Source of the DNA: a virus
Length of the DNA stretch: 64,000 bases
Virus record (IMG/VR): IMGVR_UViG_3300045988_042432
Reading direction: 5' to 3' (one strand)
Of this stretch, positions 17,501 through 27,300 are shown piece by piece. Below the pieces are notes generated by a model. It had not been told where the DNA came from. It saw nothing but the letters and a program-made list of their open reading frames with translations, and searched no databases. Position 1 is the first letter of the stretch, and each line of letters starts with the position of its first letter. The translations under genes were made by a program, and so were the position numbers.

Positions 17501-20500
17501 CCGCTGGTATCAAAATCATAACCCATAATATAAGCCTTGTCAATATCATAGTCAGAACCCTGCAACCATGTCTGCCAGTGAGATACATGTACCACATTCT
17601 TATCAGAATCATTAAATGCAACAGCTTTCATCTTCATAAATGACTGCATTGTCTGTGCAGGAATACGAGCTACTGTAAATTCAAGTGATTTCTGGAATGA
17701 TACAAACTTCTTCTTGGCATCTATAATCTTCTGATTCTTCTCTATTCCGTCTAATTGATAAGCCAACCTAGATACGCTAAACTCTTCTCCTTCGTTCTCT
17801 TTATAAGTATCAAATAGTAATTTAAGCAATCTATCATTTCTTTCAGAACCTGCTTCAATTACTTGTTGCATCATTTCCTTATTCTTAGTGTATTGGTTAA
17901 TTTTGACAGAATCGAAGCTGTCCATTCCGTAAATGTCAATTACACTGTCAGGAGTTTTAGCTACTAATACTTCTTCAGTAGTGTTATTACCTAATGCATT
18001 GTAAGATGTTACTACTTCATGATACTCTCCACTTTCATCATAGAATCCAGCCTCGTACATCTTCTCACCATTTTCATCTACCCTCATAACACTATTACCA
18101 ACTCTAACGAAATCAGATTCAGTAAGTGCTTTATTAACTGATAGATGTTCCATTAAGGAAGGAGTTTCTCCGAGTGCAACATACACATGTTTACCATTAG
18201 CTCTAGTAAACATCATATCATACCATTTAATTTTAGGAGCGTGATATTTATCATACCTATTAACGAAGAACTGATATCCTTGTGTAAGTACATCATTAAT
18301 ACTATCATTAGGTCCTAAGTTAAACTGGTCTACATATAGTTTACTAATAGAAAGTTCAGCAGGATTACTAACTAAATTCTGAATAGGAATAGCAATATCT
18401 CCATTGCCTAAATCCCTAATATAGCCATTGGCTGCATATTTATCACTGAATGCGACTGGGTCTGCTAAGTACTCTGCTTTCTGAATACCAGTTACAGGCA
18501 TATATCCGTTGTCCAGTAACGTAAATGTTGCTTGTATTTGTGCTTGTATTTCAGAATCTAAAGCTTTAGGAAGTTTACCTCCGTCATACTTAGTTCTTTC
18601 ACTGAATGACCTTTGTATAGCTGGCATATCAAATATGCTATGTCTCATACCGGTCATATCTTCCCAATAAATCTCTGCTGGCTTTAAGTCTGTAGGTCTA
18701 GTAATATCAGTATAAAATTGAGAGAAATTAGCTTTTACTAAGTTGTATGTATCAAAATCATTTACATACACTGGTACGTAACTGCCCTCTATACTCCAAC
18801 CTCTATCAGCTAGATATTGGTCTACAGTCATTAAAGAATTGGCTTGATTCTTAGCTTGTGCAGACACAGCTTTGTCATAATTATCCTGTGCTTTAGCTAT
18901 CTCTACACCTTCTCCGTCTCCATTTTGCGCTTTCTCAAGTTCTGTCAGAGTTCTCTTAACAGCCAAATCAAGAGCTATTTGCTTGTCTAATGCATTTTGG
19001 CTAATTCTAGCCACTACTGATGCTACTTCTTGAATAGGCAATTTGATTCTGTCTCCAGGAAGTAATCTATCTATAGTAGATGCTGGCTGTGCCTCTATTT
19101 TAGCTTGCTCGCTTTGTAAATATTCATCGGGAGTCATTCCTTGTTCGGAAGCAATCCTGTAAATATCATCATATTTATAATTAGTACCTCCTATGCGGAA
19201 TTGTTGTACTATATTATATGCGGGAGCCATAACTGCACCCATACCTGGGAACTTCCTCTTAATAGCAGTTTTATTAATATTAGATGTAAACGAAGATAAA
19301 GTTTTACCAAAGATAGAAGGGTCACTGTACGGTATTTTATATACATCAGTTCCATGAGAATTATTATTCTTTCTATCTAATGCAAACTCTGCTTTAGCTT
19401 TCTCAATAATAGTCTTAGCAGTACCAAGTTCATCTCCGTCCTTATTAAGCTCCTTAATAATAGCTTTACCTACTATCTCATAAATATCAGATTTAACATC
19501 GGGATTGTCAGTAGGTTTAATCCCAACTAATGTATACACTGCATCTCTAATGCCACCTATTGATGATAATGCCACTCTACCTAAGTCCTTGTATGCCATT
19601 TTAGCCATACTGTGAGTGAATCCCATGGCTTCCAATGCAGATATTACCTGTGAGAACTCTGTCATTGTGGATTGATGTTCTGGGTCAGTTACTACATGGT
19701 CTGCATCCATTTGAATACCAAGACCTTCAGTATTAAACTCCATTTCCATTAAAGGACTGTTATTAAACCAAGAACTATCCCCGTTTATATTTTGGGCTCC
19801 CACTTTAATTGCAGACTTGTTAACCAAGTAAGCAATCATTTTATGTTTGAGCGGTTGAATAGTATTACGTTGAGAAGGTATCTCTCCATTAGGTCTATAC
19901 CAACCTACATTGTTAGCATAATTAGCAGTAACGGCTAAAGAAGCATCACTGTAAGCAAGTTCTCCATTTCTAAGAGATTCACTATACACTCCACCTAGTG
20001 CTGCATGTAGTTCAAATAATGAATTAATAGGAACATTTAACTGAACCATTACATTAGCGTCTCCTACAGCTTTAACTGGATTACCATATTCATTAACTGC
20101 TTGAGTTCTAATATTATATAATCCGTCACCTACTCTATCAAGACCTAATATCTCATAATGATTGTTACCGTCCCTGTAGAATATTCTTTCACCACCAGTA
20201 ACATCTTTAAGCTCCATAGTGTTTCCGAATATGTTCTTAGTAAGGTCTATTCCTTCATAAGCTCTGTCGAACTGGTTTGTAGACTGATTCCATTTGAAAT
20301 CAGACATCTTTCTAAACATATTATATAGACTAATGTCAGATTTCATAGAGTTTCTCATCCTTTCGTTATATGTAGAGAATGTAGCAAATTTCAACAAAGA
20401 AGCAGTACCATAATCCCCATTAAAGTCATGCCCAATAGGCTTTTTATCATCACCTACAGCAGAATCCTGTAATGAGAAGTTCTCTAAATAAGACATAATA

Positions 20501-23500
20501 GGATTACAGAACGCAGAACCGTCATGTGCATCTACAGTAGATGTCTCACCTTTAAAGTTGTACACAAATGCTGCAACGTCGCTCATAATAGCCAATCTGT
20601 ATGTCTTAGGAATACCTAGCAAGCTGTTTTGTTGGAAATACTGTAGTGTACCTGGTATAATTACATTTCTCTTTAATTCTGCAAGTTCTCTAGAAGATTG
20701 CTCTAACTCTATACCATTAAATGACACAGGATTAACTTTACCATATTTAGCTTTATTAGGATGTGCTATACTACTACCTGTAGTGACTAGTCGCAAGTTC
20801 TCTGAAGTTAGAAAGTCAGCTAAGAAGTACCTTTCGAGAATAGGATTTAGAGTAATATCTTCATCATTTCTTAACCATGTACTATCTAAGTCAGACAACC
20901 TACTAAGTACCTTGTCTCCTTGCTTAGCTAGTATTAATTCTTGAGTATCATTGTTTATCCATGATGCCTTATCAGTAGGAATAAGAGTATTTAATGCCTT
21001 ATTTAAAACAGAGTTTACTCTACCGTTAGCGTATCTAAGAGGGAATGTCATATTATTATCAATCATATCTTTGACAAACTTCTTCTTCTCTCTCAAGAAC
21101 ATTTTATTATATACATCTTCCTTAGCATATAACTCATTAGCATTAAAATTCAATAAAGCGTTTGGAGACAGTCCGCCTTTCTTGTTTCCATTTAGGACAA
21201 ACGAACCTCCCTTATTAACATGTACATTATCAATATTAGGGACTCCATTTCGATAAGACATATCACCGTATTCTCCTTTAGTAGTTACTGACAATATTGC
21301 TTGAAAGTCTTTAAATGTCATTTTATCTACTAAGTCAATAGGTTCCTTAGGCTGTAATTCTGTTAATATATAGTTATTAATTGCATCAATTTCCATATAA
21401 TCTCCAGCCTGCAATGCCGCATCAGCTAATGCTTGTTGTTTAGCAACTTCTTCTGCCAATTTAGCATTATGTGCTTCTATTTTAGCATTCTCTGCATCCA
21501 CTGCTGCTTGCTTACCAACTATGCTATTATAAGCATCTGTTAGTCCATTCTCTTGTAGTCTCTGTAGGAATGTATCGAGACTTCCTCTATATACATTTCT
21601 ATAGTCATTAAGCACATTATTAAATGTGTTCTTATAGTAAGAACCAACAGTAGACCTAATAGCTTTGTTTAAATCGGAAATTGATGAATTAAGTAAGTCA
21701 ATAGTAAACTCTTCTCCATTCTCGTCAACAAGTTTGATTCCGTCGGCAGTTAAGGTCCACATTACGAATGTTCCCTTATCAGAATATACAGTAGGTTGAA
21801 CATTAATAGTCTTAGATTGTCCTTTGTCAACCTTCCTTAATAGATTAGCATAGAAGTCATATAATATTGAAGAATATCCAATCTCTGCTACAGAGAAACT
21901 AGTAGCACTCTTCTTAACTCCAGTTCTACTAACAACATCGGTTTTAATTGATGTACCTCTAAGCATACCTGGATTTAATCCAAATAATGTATTCTTTAAA
22001 GAAGAGTTCGGATTCTCTATAATGGTTCTTGTGACGTATCTTCTAGTCAATCCAGCTAAATTAGCAATCCTACTATTAGGAATATTATTACCTTCAGCGT
22101 TCTTAATAACAGATTTAAATATTTCTCCAGTTACTATTTGCTCTGCTGCTACTAAATCATTCAAAGTGTTAATTAAAGCACCATCAATAGCTTTTAATGA
22201 GTTAGATGACTTGTCGTAGTAGAATCTAGCTTCTGGACTATCCTCATCAACTTTATCAGTATAATATTTAAGGGTCTTAATAAATGAATACAGGTCTAGG
22301 TTGTCTGGATTGTTAGTCTCGAACTCATTATATACTGTATTTACAAATGCAGAACTATTAGCTAGAGACATTAAGTTCTCTGTTAGATATTTTAGATTGT
22401 CTGCTTCTTTTACATTCTTAAATGCCGCCAGTAAATCTATGTTGCCATTTAGGAATCTAGTATTAATGAAATCATCCATAAACTCTACTAAAGATACATA
22501 TAGTCTCTCCTGTGGAGTTATAGTTTGAGGGTTATTCTCTTCATAGATTGCTTTTAGTGTAGTAAATGAAGGCTCTTTTAATATAGTATCTAATGAACCA
22601 TATTTAACCTTATCAGAAGGACTTAACTCAAGTTTCTTTTGACCTTTACTACCAATAGCAGCCCTATTATATATAAGAGTAATAGTGTCGCCATTATAAG
22701 GTAATTTAAATGAGATGTCTCCCAGAGTAGCGTTATGTACTTCTACTCCCCACTTGTCAAGTAGTTCTTGTCTGTTGCCACGTAATTCATTACTAATATC
22801 AATATCATTCTCTCTCTGGATTTTACGTCTGTTGACATTAGTTTGTTTAATTTCCATAGAATCTAGGTCATTTGTGTCTTGATTCATGGCATACTGAATA
22901 TACTTAGCATTATTAGTTCTATCTACAACTCCAGATATTGAATCAAGCAAATCATAAGTGGTTATAGCTTTGGATTGCTTGTAATCGTTATTAATAATGT
23001 TATATAGAGAGTTAGCTCTGCTATCATTATAGAACTTCTCATAAATAGATTTAAATACATTCAAATCATTTATTTGAAATATTCTAGAACCTCCCCCATT
23101 GTTAATAATTTCTTCAAGAATCCTCTTCAAGTAATAATTAGGAGCTGAATGGAAGTTAATAACTAATTCTTGCAGTCTGTCTCCAAAATATAGAAAGTTC
23201 GCTTCGTCTTTAAGCTTATTCATTGAATGCAAGAACTGTTTAAGTGTAAGGTAATTGTCCCTTATTTGCTCTCCAGTGGTAAAGTTAAGCACAGGAGTTT
23301 GCTCAATAAGTAACCTAGACACATTACCTATTTCAGATATTGCATCCACATTCTCATTAGTTCTCCAGGTTTTAACCATGTTAGAACCAGCTCTAAATTG
23401 ATATTTATTAACTGATACGGGAATCTCTATTCCAATATATCCTTTGTTCTTAATCTCCATATTCTTTCCGAATAGATTCTTAAGAATAGTATCAAAATTA

Positions 23501-24339
23501 CCATTTGACAGTACAGCCCAAGCATTAAACGCATCAATCAGCATTTGATTCTTATACAGGTCTCCGAACTTCTGCTTTCTTGAGACATATGCATTGTCTA
23601 GTTTAGACCTAGGCATGTCCTTAAACAACTCATCAGCTAGTCTAAGAACTTTCTGCATACCTTCCACATCTGGAGTTCCATCTGTATAGATAGAGTTAGG
23701 CATATTGAAATCTGTAGTAATTCCATCTTCTTCATTAGTCACTTTAATATAATCGACTAAGTTCTTGAACATAGTATTCTTATATTTAGCAATATATATG
23801 TTCAAATCATCAGTAGTCTTGATTAATTTACCATCAGTAAAATTAACTAAAGACGATTCAATTATATTATATCTGAATTGATTTAGCATGTACTCTTTTA
23901 CTACTGTAGCAGAGCCATACGTATCATTCAAAGACGGAGTAAGTATTCTCTTCTCCGAGTTGGAAACCTCATTATTGATATTCTCTGGAGCATCCGGAAT
24001 GATAAGGTCTTTATCAGCTACTTCAATTGTAGTTGCTTCAGGAGAAAGTCCAAAATTCTGACCTAGAGGTTGTGCATATTCAGCTAACAGCTGTTCTTTC
24101 TGTGTATCTTTAAGTATTCTTGATGTTTTAATATAATCTTCAAAAACCTTAGAAAGCGAGACATACTCTGCCTCGCTTTCTAGGTTGAATAGGTTAGTAC
24201 CTTTCAAGTTAGTAAAGAAATGCTGAACAAAGTCTGTAGTAGACAACGGTTCAGCCTTTCTAAACTTAAGTACTGTTCCTCTAAGGACACTTTCGGCATC
24301 AATCCTATGTAGTCCTATGTCAAAGTTAGTACATGCCAT
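14575..24339 (-). CDS. Giant virion-packaged two-barrel RNA polymerase-like protein (crAss-like vRNAP class), 3254 aa
   Basis: Uninterrupted 9.8-kb ORF. The DxDxD motif is DYDID, residues 2263-2267, in the context HWQTWLQGSDYDIDKAYIMGYDFD. Position and size match the giant RNAP-containing ORFs of crAss-like phages. Confidence 0.6.
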   Translation of the reverse strand: MACTNFDIGLHRIDAESVLRGTVLKFRKAEPLSTTDFVQHFFTNLKGTNLFNLESEAEYVSLSKVFEDYIKTSRILKDTQKEQLLAEYAQPLGQNFGLSPEATTIEVADKDLIIPDAPENINNEVSNSEKRILTPSLNDTYGSATVVKEYMLNQFRYNIIESSLVNFTDGKLIKTTDDLNIYIAKYKNTMFKNLVDYIKVTNEEDGITTDFNMPNSIYTDGTPDVEGMQKVLRLADELFKDMPRSKLDNAYVSRKQKFGDLYKNQMLIDAFNAWAVLSNGNFDTILKNLFGKNMEIKNKGYIGIEIPVSVNKYQFRAGSNMVKTWRTNENVDAISEIGNVSRLLIEQTPVLNFTTGEQIRDNYLTLKQFLHSMNKLKDEANFLYFGDRLQELVINFHSAPNYYLKRILEEIINNGGGSRIFQINDLNVFKSIYEKFYNDSRANSLYNIINNDYKQSKAITTYDLLDSISGVVDRTNNAKYIQYAMNQDTNDLDSMEIKQTNVNRRKIQRENDIDISNELRGNRQELLDKWGVEVHNATLGDISFKLPYNGDTITLIYNRAAIGSKGQKKLELSPSDKVKYGSLDTILKEPSFTTLKAIYEENNPQTITPQERLYVSLVEFMDDFINTRFLNGNIDLLAAFKNVKEADNLKYLTENLMSLANSSAFVNTVYNEFETNNPDNLDLYSFIKTLKYYTDKVDEDSPEARFYYDKSSNSLKAIDGALINTLNDLVAAEQIVTGEIFKSVIKNAEGNNIPNSRIANLAGLTRRYVTRTIIENPNSSLKNTLFGLNPGMLRGTSIKTDVVSRTGVKKSATSFSVAEIGYSSILYDFYANLLRKVDKGQSKTINVQPTVYSDKGTFVMWTLTADGIKLVDENGEEFTIDLLNSSISDLNKAIRSTVGSYYKNTFNNVLNDYRNVYRGSLDTFLQRLQENGLTDAYNSIVGKQAAVDAENAKIEAHNAKLAEEVAKQQALADAALQAGDYMEIDAINNYILTELQPKEPIDLVDKMTFKDFQAILSVTTKGEYGDMSYRNGVPNIDNVHVNKGGSFVLNGNKKGGLSPNALLNFNANELYAKEDVYNKMFLREKKKFVKDMIDNNMTFPLRYANGRVNSVLNKALNTLIPTDKASWINNDTQELILAKQGDKVLSRLSDLDSTWLRNDEDITLNPILERYFLADFLTSENLRLVTTGSSIAHPNKAKYGKVNPVSFNGIELEQSSRELAELKRNVIIPGTLQYFQQNSLLGIPKTYRLAIMSDVAAFVYNFKGETSTVDAHDGSAFCNPIMSYLENFSLQDSAVGDDKKPIGHDFNGDYGTASLLKFATFSTYNERMRNSMKSDISLYNMFRKMSDFKWNQSTNQFDRAYEGIDLTKNIFGNTMELKDVTGGERIFYRDGNNHYEILGLDRVGDGLYNIRTQAVNEYGNPVKAVGDANVMVQLNVPINSLFELHAALGGVYSESLRNGELAYSDASLAVTANYANNVGWYRPNGEIPSQRNTIQPLKHKMIAYLVNKSAIKVGAQNINGDSSWFNNSPLMEMEFNTEGLGIQMDADHVVTDPEHQSTMTEFSQVISALEAMGFTHSMAKMAYKDLGRVALSSIGGIRDAVYTLVGIKPTDNPDVKSDIYEIVGKAIIKELNKDGDELGTAKTIIEKAKAEFALDRKNNNSHGTDVYKIPYSDPSIFGKTLSSFTSNINKTAIKRKFPGMGAVMAPAYNIVQQFRIGGTNYKYDDIYRIASEQGMTPDEYLQSEQAKIEAQPASTIDRLLPGDRIKLPIQEVASVVARISQNALDKQIALDLAVKRTLTELEKAQNGDGEGVEIAKAQDNYDKAVSAQAKNQANSLMTVDQYLADRGWSIEGSYVPVYVNDFDTYNLVKANFSQFYTDITRPTDLKPAEIYWEDMTGMRHSIFDMPAIQRSFSERTKYDGGKLPKALDSEIQAQIQATFTLLDNGYMPVTGIQKAEYLADPVAFSDKYAANGYIRDLGNGDIAIPIQNLVSNPAELSISKLYVDQFNLGPNDSINDVLTQGYQFFVNRYDKYHAPKIKWYDMMFTRANGKHVYVALGETPSLMEHLSVNKALTESDFVRVGNSVMRVDENGEKMYEAGFYDESGEYHEVVTSYNALGNNTTEEVLVAKTPDSVIDIYGMDSFDSVKINQYTKNKEMMQQVIEAGSERNDRLLKLLFDTYKENEGEEFSVSRLAYQLDGIEKNQKIIDAKKKFVSFQKSLEFTVARIPAQTMQSFMKMKAVAFNDSDKNVVHVSHWQTWLQGSDYDIDKAYIMGYDFDTSGHYVGWSPYFNFNSIESLKASEMLPTPNGKLYAYGSGGVDITNYLNQLNKENFYNPESVSVIAEMLNAIDDARILTYSGEVDTDNANFILNRINNHTMYMTEEFDENGKKARNGRQKIRRSNLLPAFRNSVSSKISNIIQNLKNMNQAYSPIEMGDPQRAAKESASGQEANKITMTSPSSKWVMQMQNMDGKQVIGIAAVGEKVFFANCYYFNEGVRNGDQDWLDNMFFSTRFEGIQTMLSENGKPITVPTLRNIMANVNFDDLAVKKDYWRNLIVRAVEQQLSPEDVARVVQEQLGMQPDQSLVISALLSAATDNAKELILSKINAGPNLAGMYLHMIMLGFSFNDIAKFMTSPTVQTVNDLMKVNVFDEYHDHASVDSVVRALEEGPNIRNYFDSTSLGNFFKRVQEKLLDSGEEAFDKRGNWIQAIKDRFAEGDSIDDIFPAVSYREHRFLEEYKYLQKMKNRLDMDRFAEFKKVNRNARETELLGRFYGLNQGMPTDLGGKMSRLNTYESAITSREQLYKDDKYEKGYNSEVVIKNILNDKPYLSEEQVRAVVNDAVAQGITNGGFSMRKFLDPMNSGYKKSTIAYYNLIKGTWNIFDMIDKIPHFKALFEVYNLTDTTDVNISTKFNLVNSYREALIKENPTYGRAVTKEQLNALGEHVDDVLITGWLAKRNITFRMDEGQKYIGNDMTLHDIKEGGEVFSLATNDGIANFKLWMERTVIPELHNGMVGDKRVRSLLINQFVQGLSRNRRTDPFTRGNTTYMKLPIDMMNVRTESDQAMFSRYQKDFAALKRINLQGLPLTDWFFLYNLVVNKNKYGADRLTTLLNTFDKTDVSDLLIEYQKYVGQSDYDLDVNMDTFSLEDALIRMAPIISESAKGRARDKYIRMRNEETGRLELYERDGEDYYEVNDIPDPSNVDMRRLYDDYFVIRTPNQNAKMKELVLNRNDSMENIVNKIKSLMERNTIQIRINC
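17539..17553 (-). other. Candidate catalytic metal-binding DxDxD motif (DYDID)
   Basis: The reverse complement of 17539-17553 reads gac tat gat att gac, in frame with the 3254-aa ORF. Confidence 0.6.
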
Positions 24340-24344
24340 TATTC

Positions 24345-27300
24345 TTATATATTTAATTTACAGTTCTGACTATCAATTATTTGCTTATTATTAGCAAGAC
24401 TGTTAATATATTCCATAACATCTAATATGTCAGGGTCGTCAAGTTGCTCATCAGTCAAGTAACCTTCGAAGTGATTGTCCACTAATCTTATCTTATCAAG
24501 AAGTGCATCAGCAGCTTCCGGAGTAAGAGAGGTAGTAGCTCTCAATTCTTGGATAACAGTCATGATTTCGGTCTCCCTAAGATTCTCATGGTCTCCAATG
24601 GTATCTTCGAATATCTTGAGTTTCTGTTCTCTATTAGGGTCAAATGGAACTTCATACATCACTGTATCAACTATATTAACTTCACTTCCAATAATGCTTC
24701 CTTTAATTGTTTGTCCACCTTGCAAATATACTGTAAAATCTTGTAAATTACCACTACTATAATCAACATTTTGAATACCCGTAGTATCAATCTCTCCGTC
24801 TTTAGTTTTGGGTAGTACAGACGGACTCTTAACATTTATTTCCTGTAATAGAGTATGTACCTTATTAATGACTGGCATGTTGTTAACATCAACAGTCATA
24901 TCTAGATGAATTACAGGGTCGTTATTAATTAATAGCTGTCTGTTATTTATGTCATTAGTAAGACTAGTATTTACCTTAGTTGCTACTCCTTTTAATATTT
25001 CATCTAATGCAATATCACCTTTCTCTAGATATTCATTGCGTGCATCATTAAGGATTTGGTCTATTGAGGTATAGCCAGTGAAAGCACTGGATACTCCATT
25101 AGCAATTAACGTAATGTTATTATCAAACTCTGACTGTCTGTTATGTGGAACTCCTTTATTAAATTGTCTCTCTGATAATACAGTAGGGTCAATGGTTATT
25201 TCAAAGTTAGGACTTTCTATAGCAGTATCAATATAGAATTGATTGTCATTATTTCTAGTTGGATAGAAATCAGAAGGTCTACTATCATGTGAAGTCGGAG
25301 TTCTAGGAGTATAATATATTCCATTTATAAATGGAGCATATGTAGTAGTTGCAGCTCCTTCTTTAATAGTTGGAGTACCATGGAATATCACATTAAACAT
25401 GTTATTTAGTACAGAGAAGTAGTTATCTCTACCTGCATCTCTAACTGCCCTAACTATATTAAATGATAACTCCTCTAACCTAGTTTCCTTCATTTTACCG
25501 TCTCTAGCCTTAGCTCGGAATACATAACTTTCATCTGATTTCTTACCAGCGGAGAATAGTTTGTAAACTGATGATAATAATCCAACCATTTTGAATGAAC
25601 CACCCATTCCACCTATATTAGATGCTGCATGTTTATAAGTATTCTTACCGTCAGTCAATTCTATGGCTCCGTCGTCAGCTATTAACTGTGCTAAGATATT
25701 GTCCATATCTCTGCCGTTAGTAGCTATGGTGAAGTTCGGATTACCTGGTAATGAAATATACTCTTCTAATATACTAAATAGATTATCCAATATAGATAGT
25801 TGAGCTTGAGCTACTTTAGGGTCTATGTAAACACCGTATGTAAGAGTTCTAGGAACTTTACCGTTAGAGTCAAATGTTTGCCATTCATTTCTACTTAAAT
25901 TTATAGGTCTTACTACCATACCAGGAGCATTAGTCTTGATAGCATCTGCGTATGTAAGTCTAAACATAAATCCATTATAAATAGAAGAATCCCAAGGAAC
26001 TCTCTTCTGTCCATCCACAGTAGATTGGTCGATTAGTCTATTAAACTCATTAACTTCAGAAGTACCTCTAACATCATCAAGGTTATTAGCCTGTCTGTAA
26101 GTGTCATAAGCCTTAATGAAGTTCTTTAATCCAGACCTGTAATTCCACATACTTACTAGCATTCTAGCAGCAGTAGTATTACTTCCAAATGTTCCTAAAT
26201 ATTCCTTTACTTGATTCTTGTCTAATTTAGTTTTACCGTCATCAGCAGTATGAACTAAATCATTAAAAGACAGTCTAAAGTAATTATCAATAAAGGTTCC
26301 ATTGGAATTAGCTACTATCATTCTTATAAGTGGTGGTACCGTCTTAGCTACTTCAGCTTGAGCATCCTTATCACTAAGACCTCTAGATTTAGCTTCATCT
26401 AGCGCGGCTTTACGCTTCTTCTGCATTCTTAGATACATCTCTGCAAGATTAGATTCAGTTACTTTCTCTCCGTCAATTTTAAGATGTTTGTTAGAAGTGG
26501 CAAATACTACACCTTTACCTCTTACAGACTTATCTACCATAGCTACTCCACCATGTCCTGCATAAAGATACATCGGACTAATAATGGCATTAGGAAATGC
26601 TTCTCTAACCTTATCCAAGTTCCAAGTTTGGTCTGGAACTTTCTTAAGTCTAGTCGCAGCAGAGAATGATATATCACTTTCATCAATTCCAAGATATTTA
26701 ACAGTACTAGGATTATCTAAGATTTCCTTCTGCATATTCTTATACCACTTCTTGTACTTATTAATTCTAGCAGCAATATCAGCATCTTTGCCGTTACTAT
26801 TGTTCCATTTCTGCCAAGTGTCAGGATTGGTTAATTTACCTATAGTGAATTGTAAATCATTACCTTTCTCCATAGGTATTCTATATACTATATTGAACGC
26901 AACAGGTTCTACTTTAGTAGAGTCATAACCCTGTTTGTCTCTAGCTTTATCAGTGCCTTCTTCGTTAGTATCATCTTTCCTGATTTCTAGATTGAACGTA
27001 CCATTATTCCAAACTTCTGCACCCAATCCAGCTAAGTATTTATAACCATTGTCGCTTAGTTTCTGAATGAAGTCAGCATCAAACTTCTCGCCAAATGTCA
27101 AGTAGTTTCTAACGTCTACTAACATATCCTTGGCAGGTTGTAATGTATTAGTATCATACTCTACATTACTTCTAGTGAAGACATTCAAATCATCAACTAC
27201 ATCATTCCTTACCACTCTAGTAAATTTACCATCGGAAGTTTCTGCCATACCATATCTCATATACCAGCCGTATGCTCTAATTCCAGAAAGAGGTTCACTT

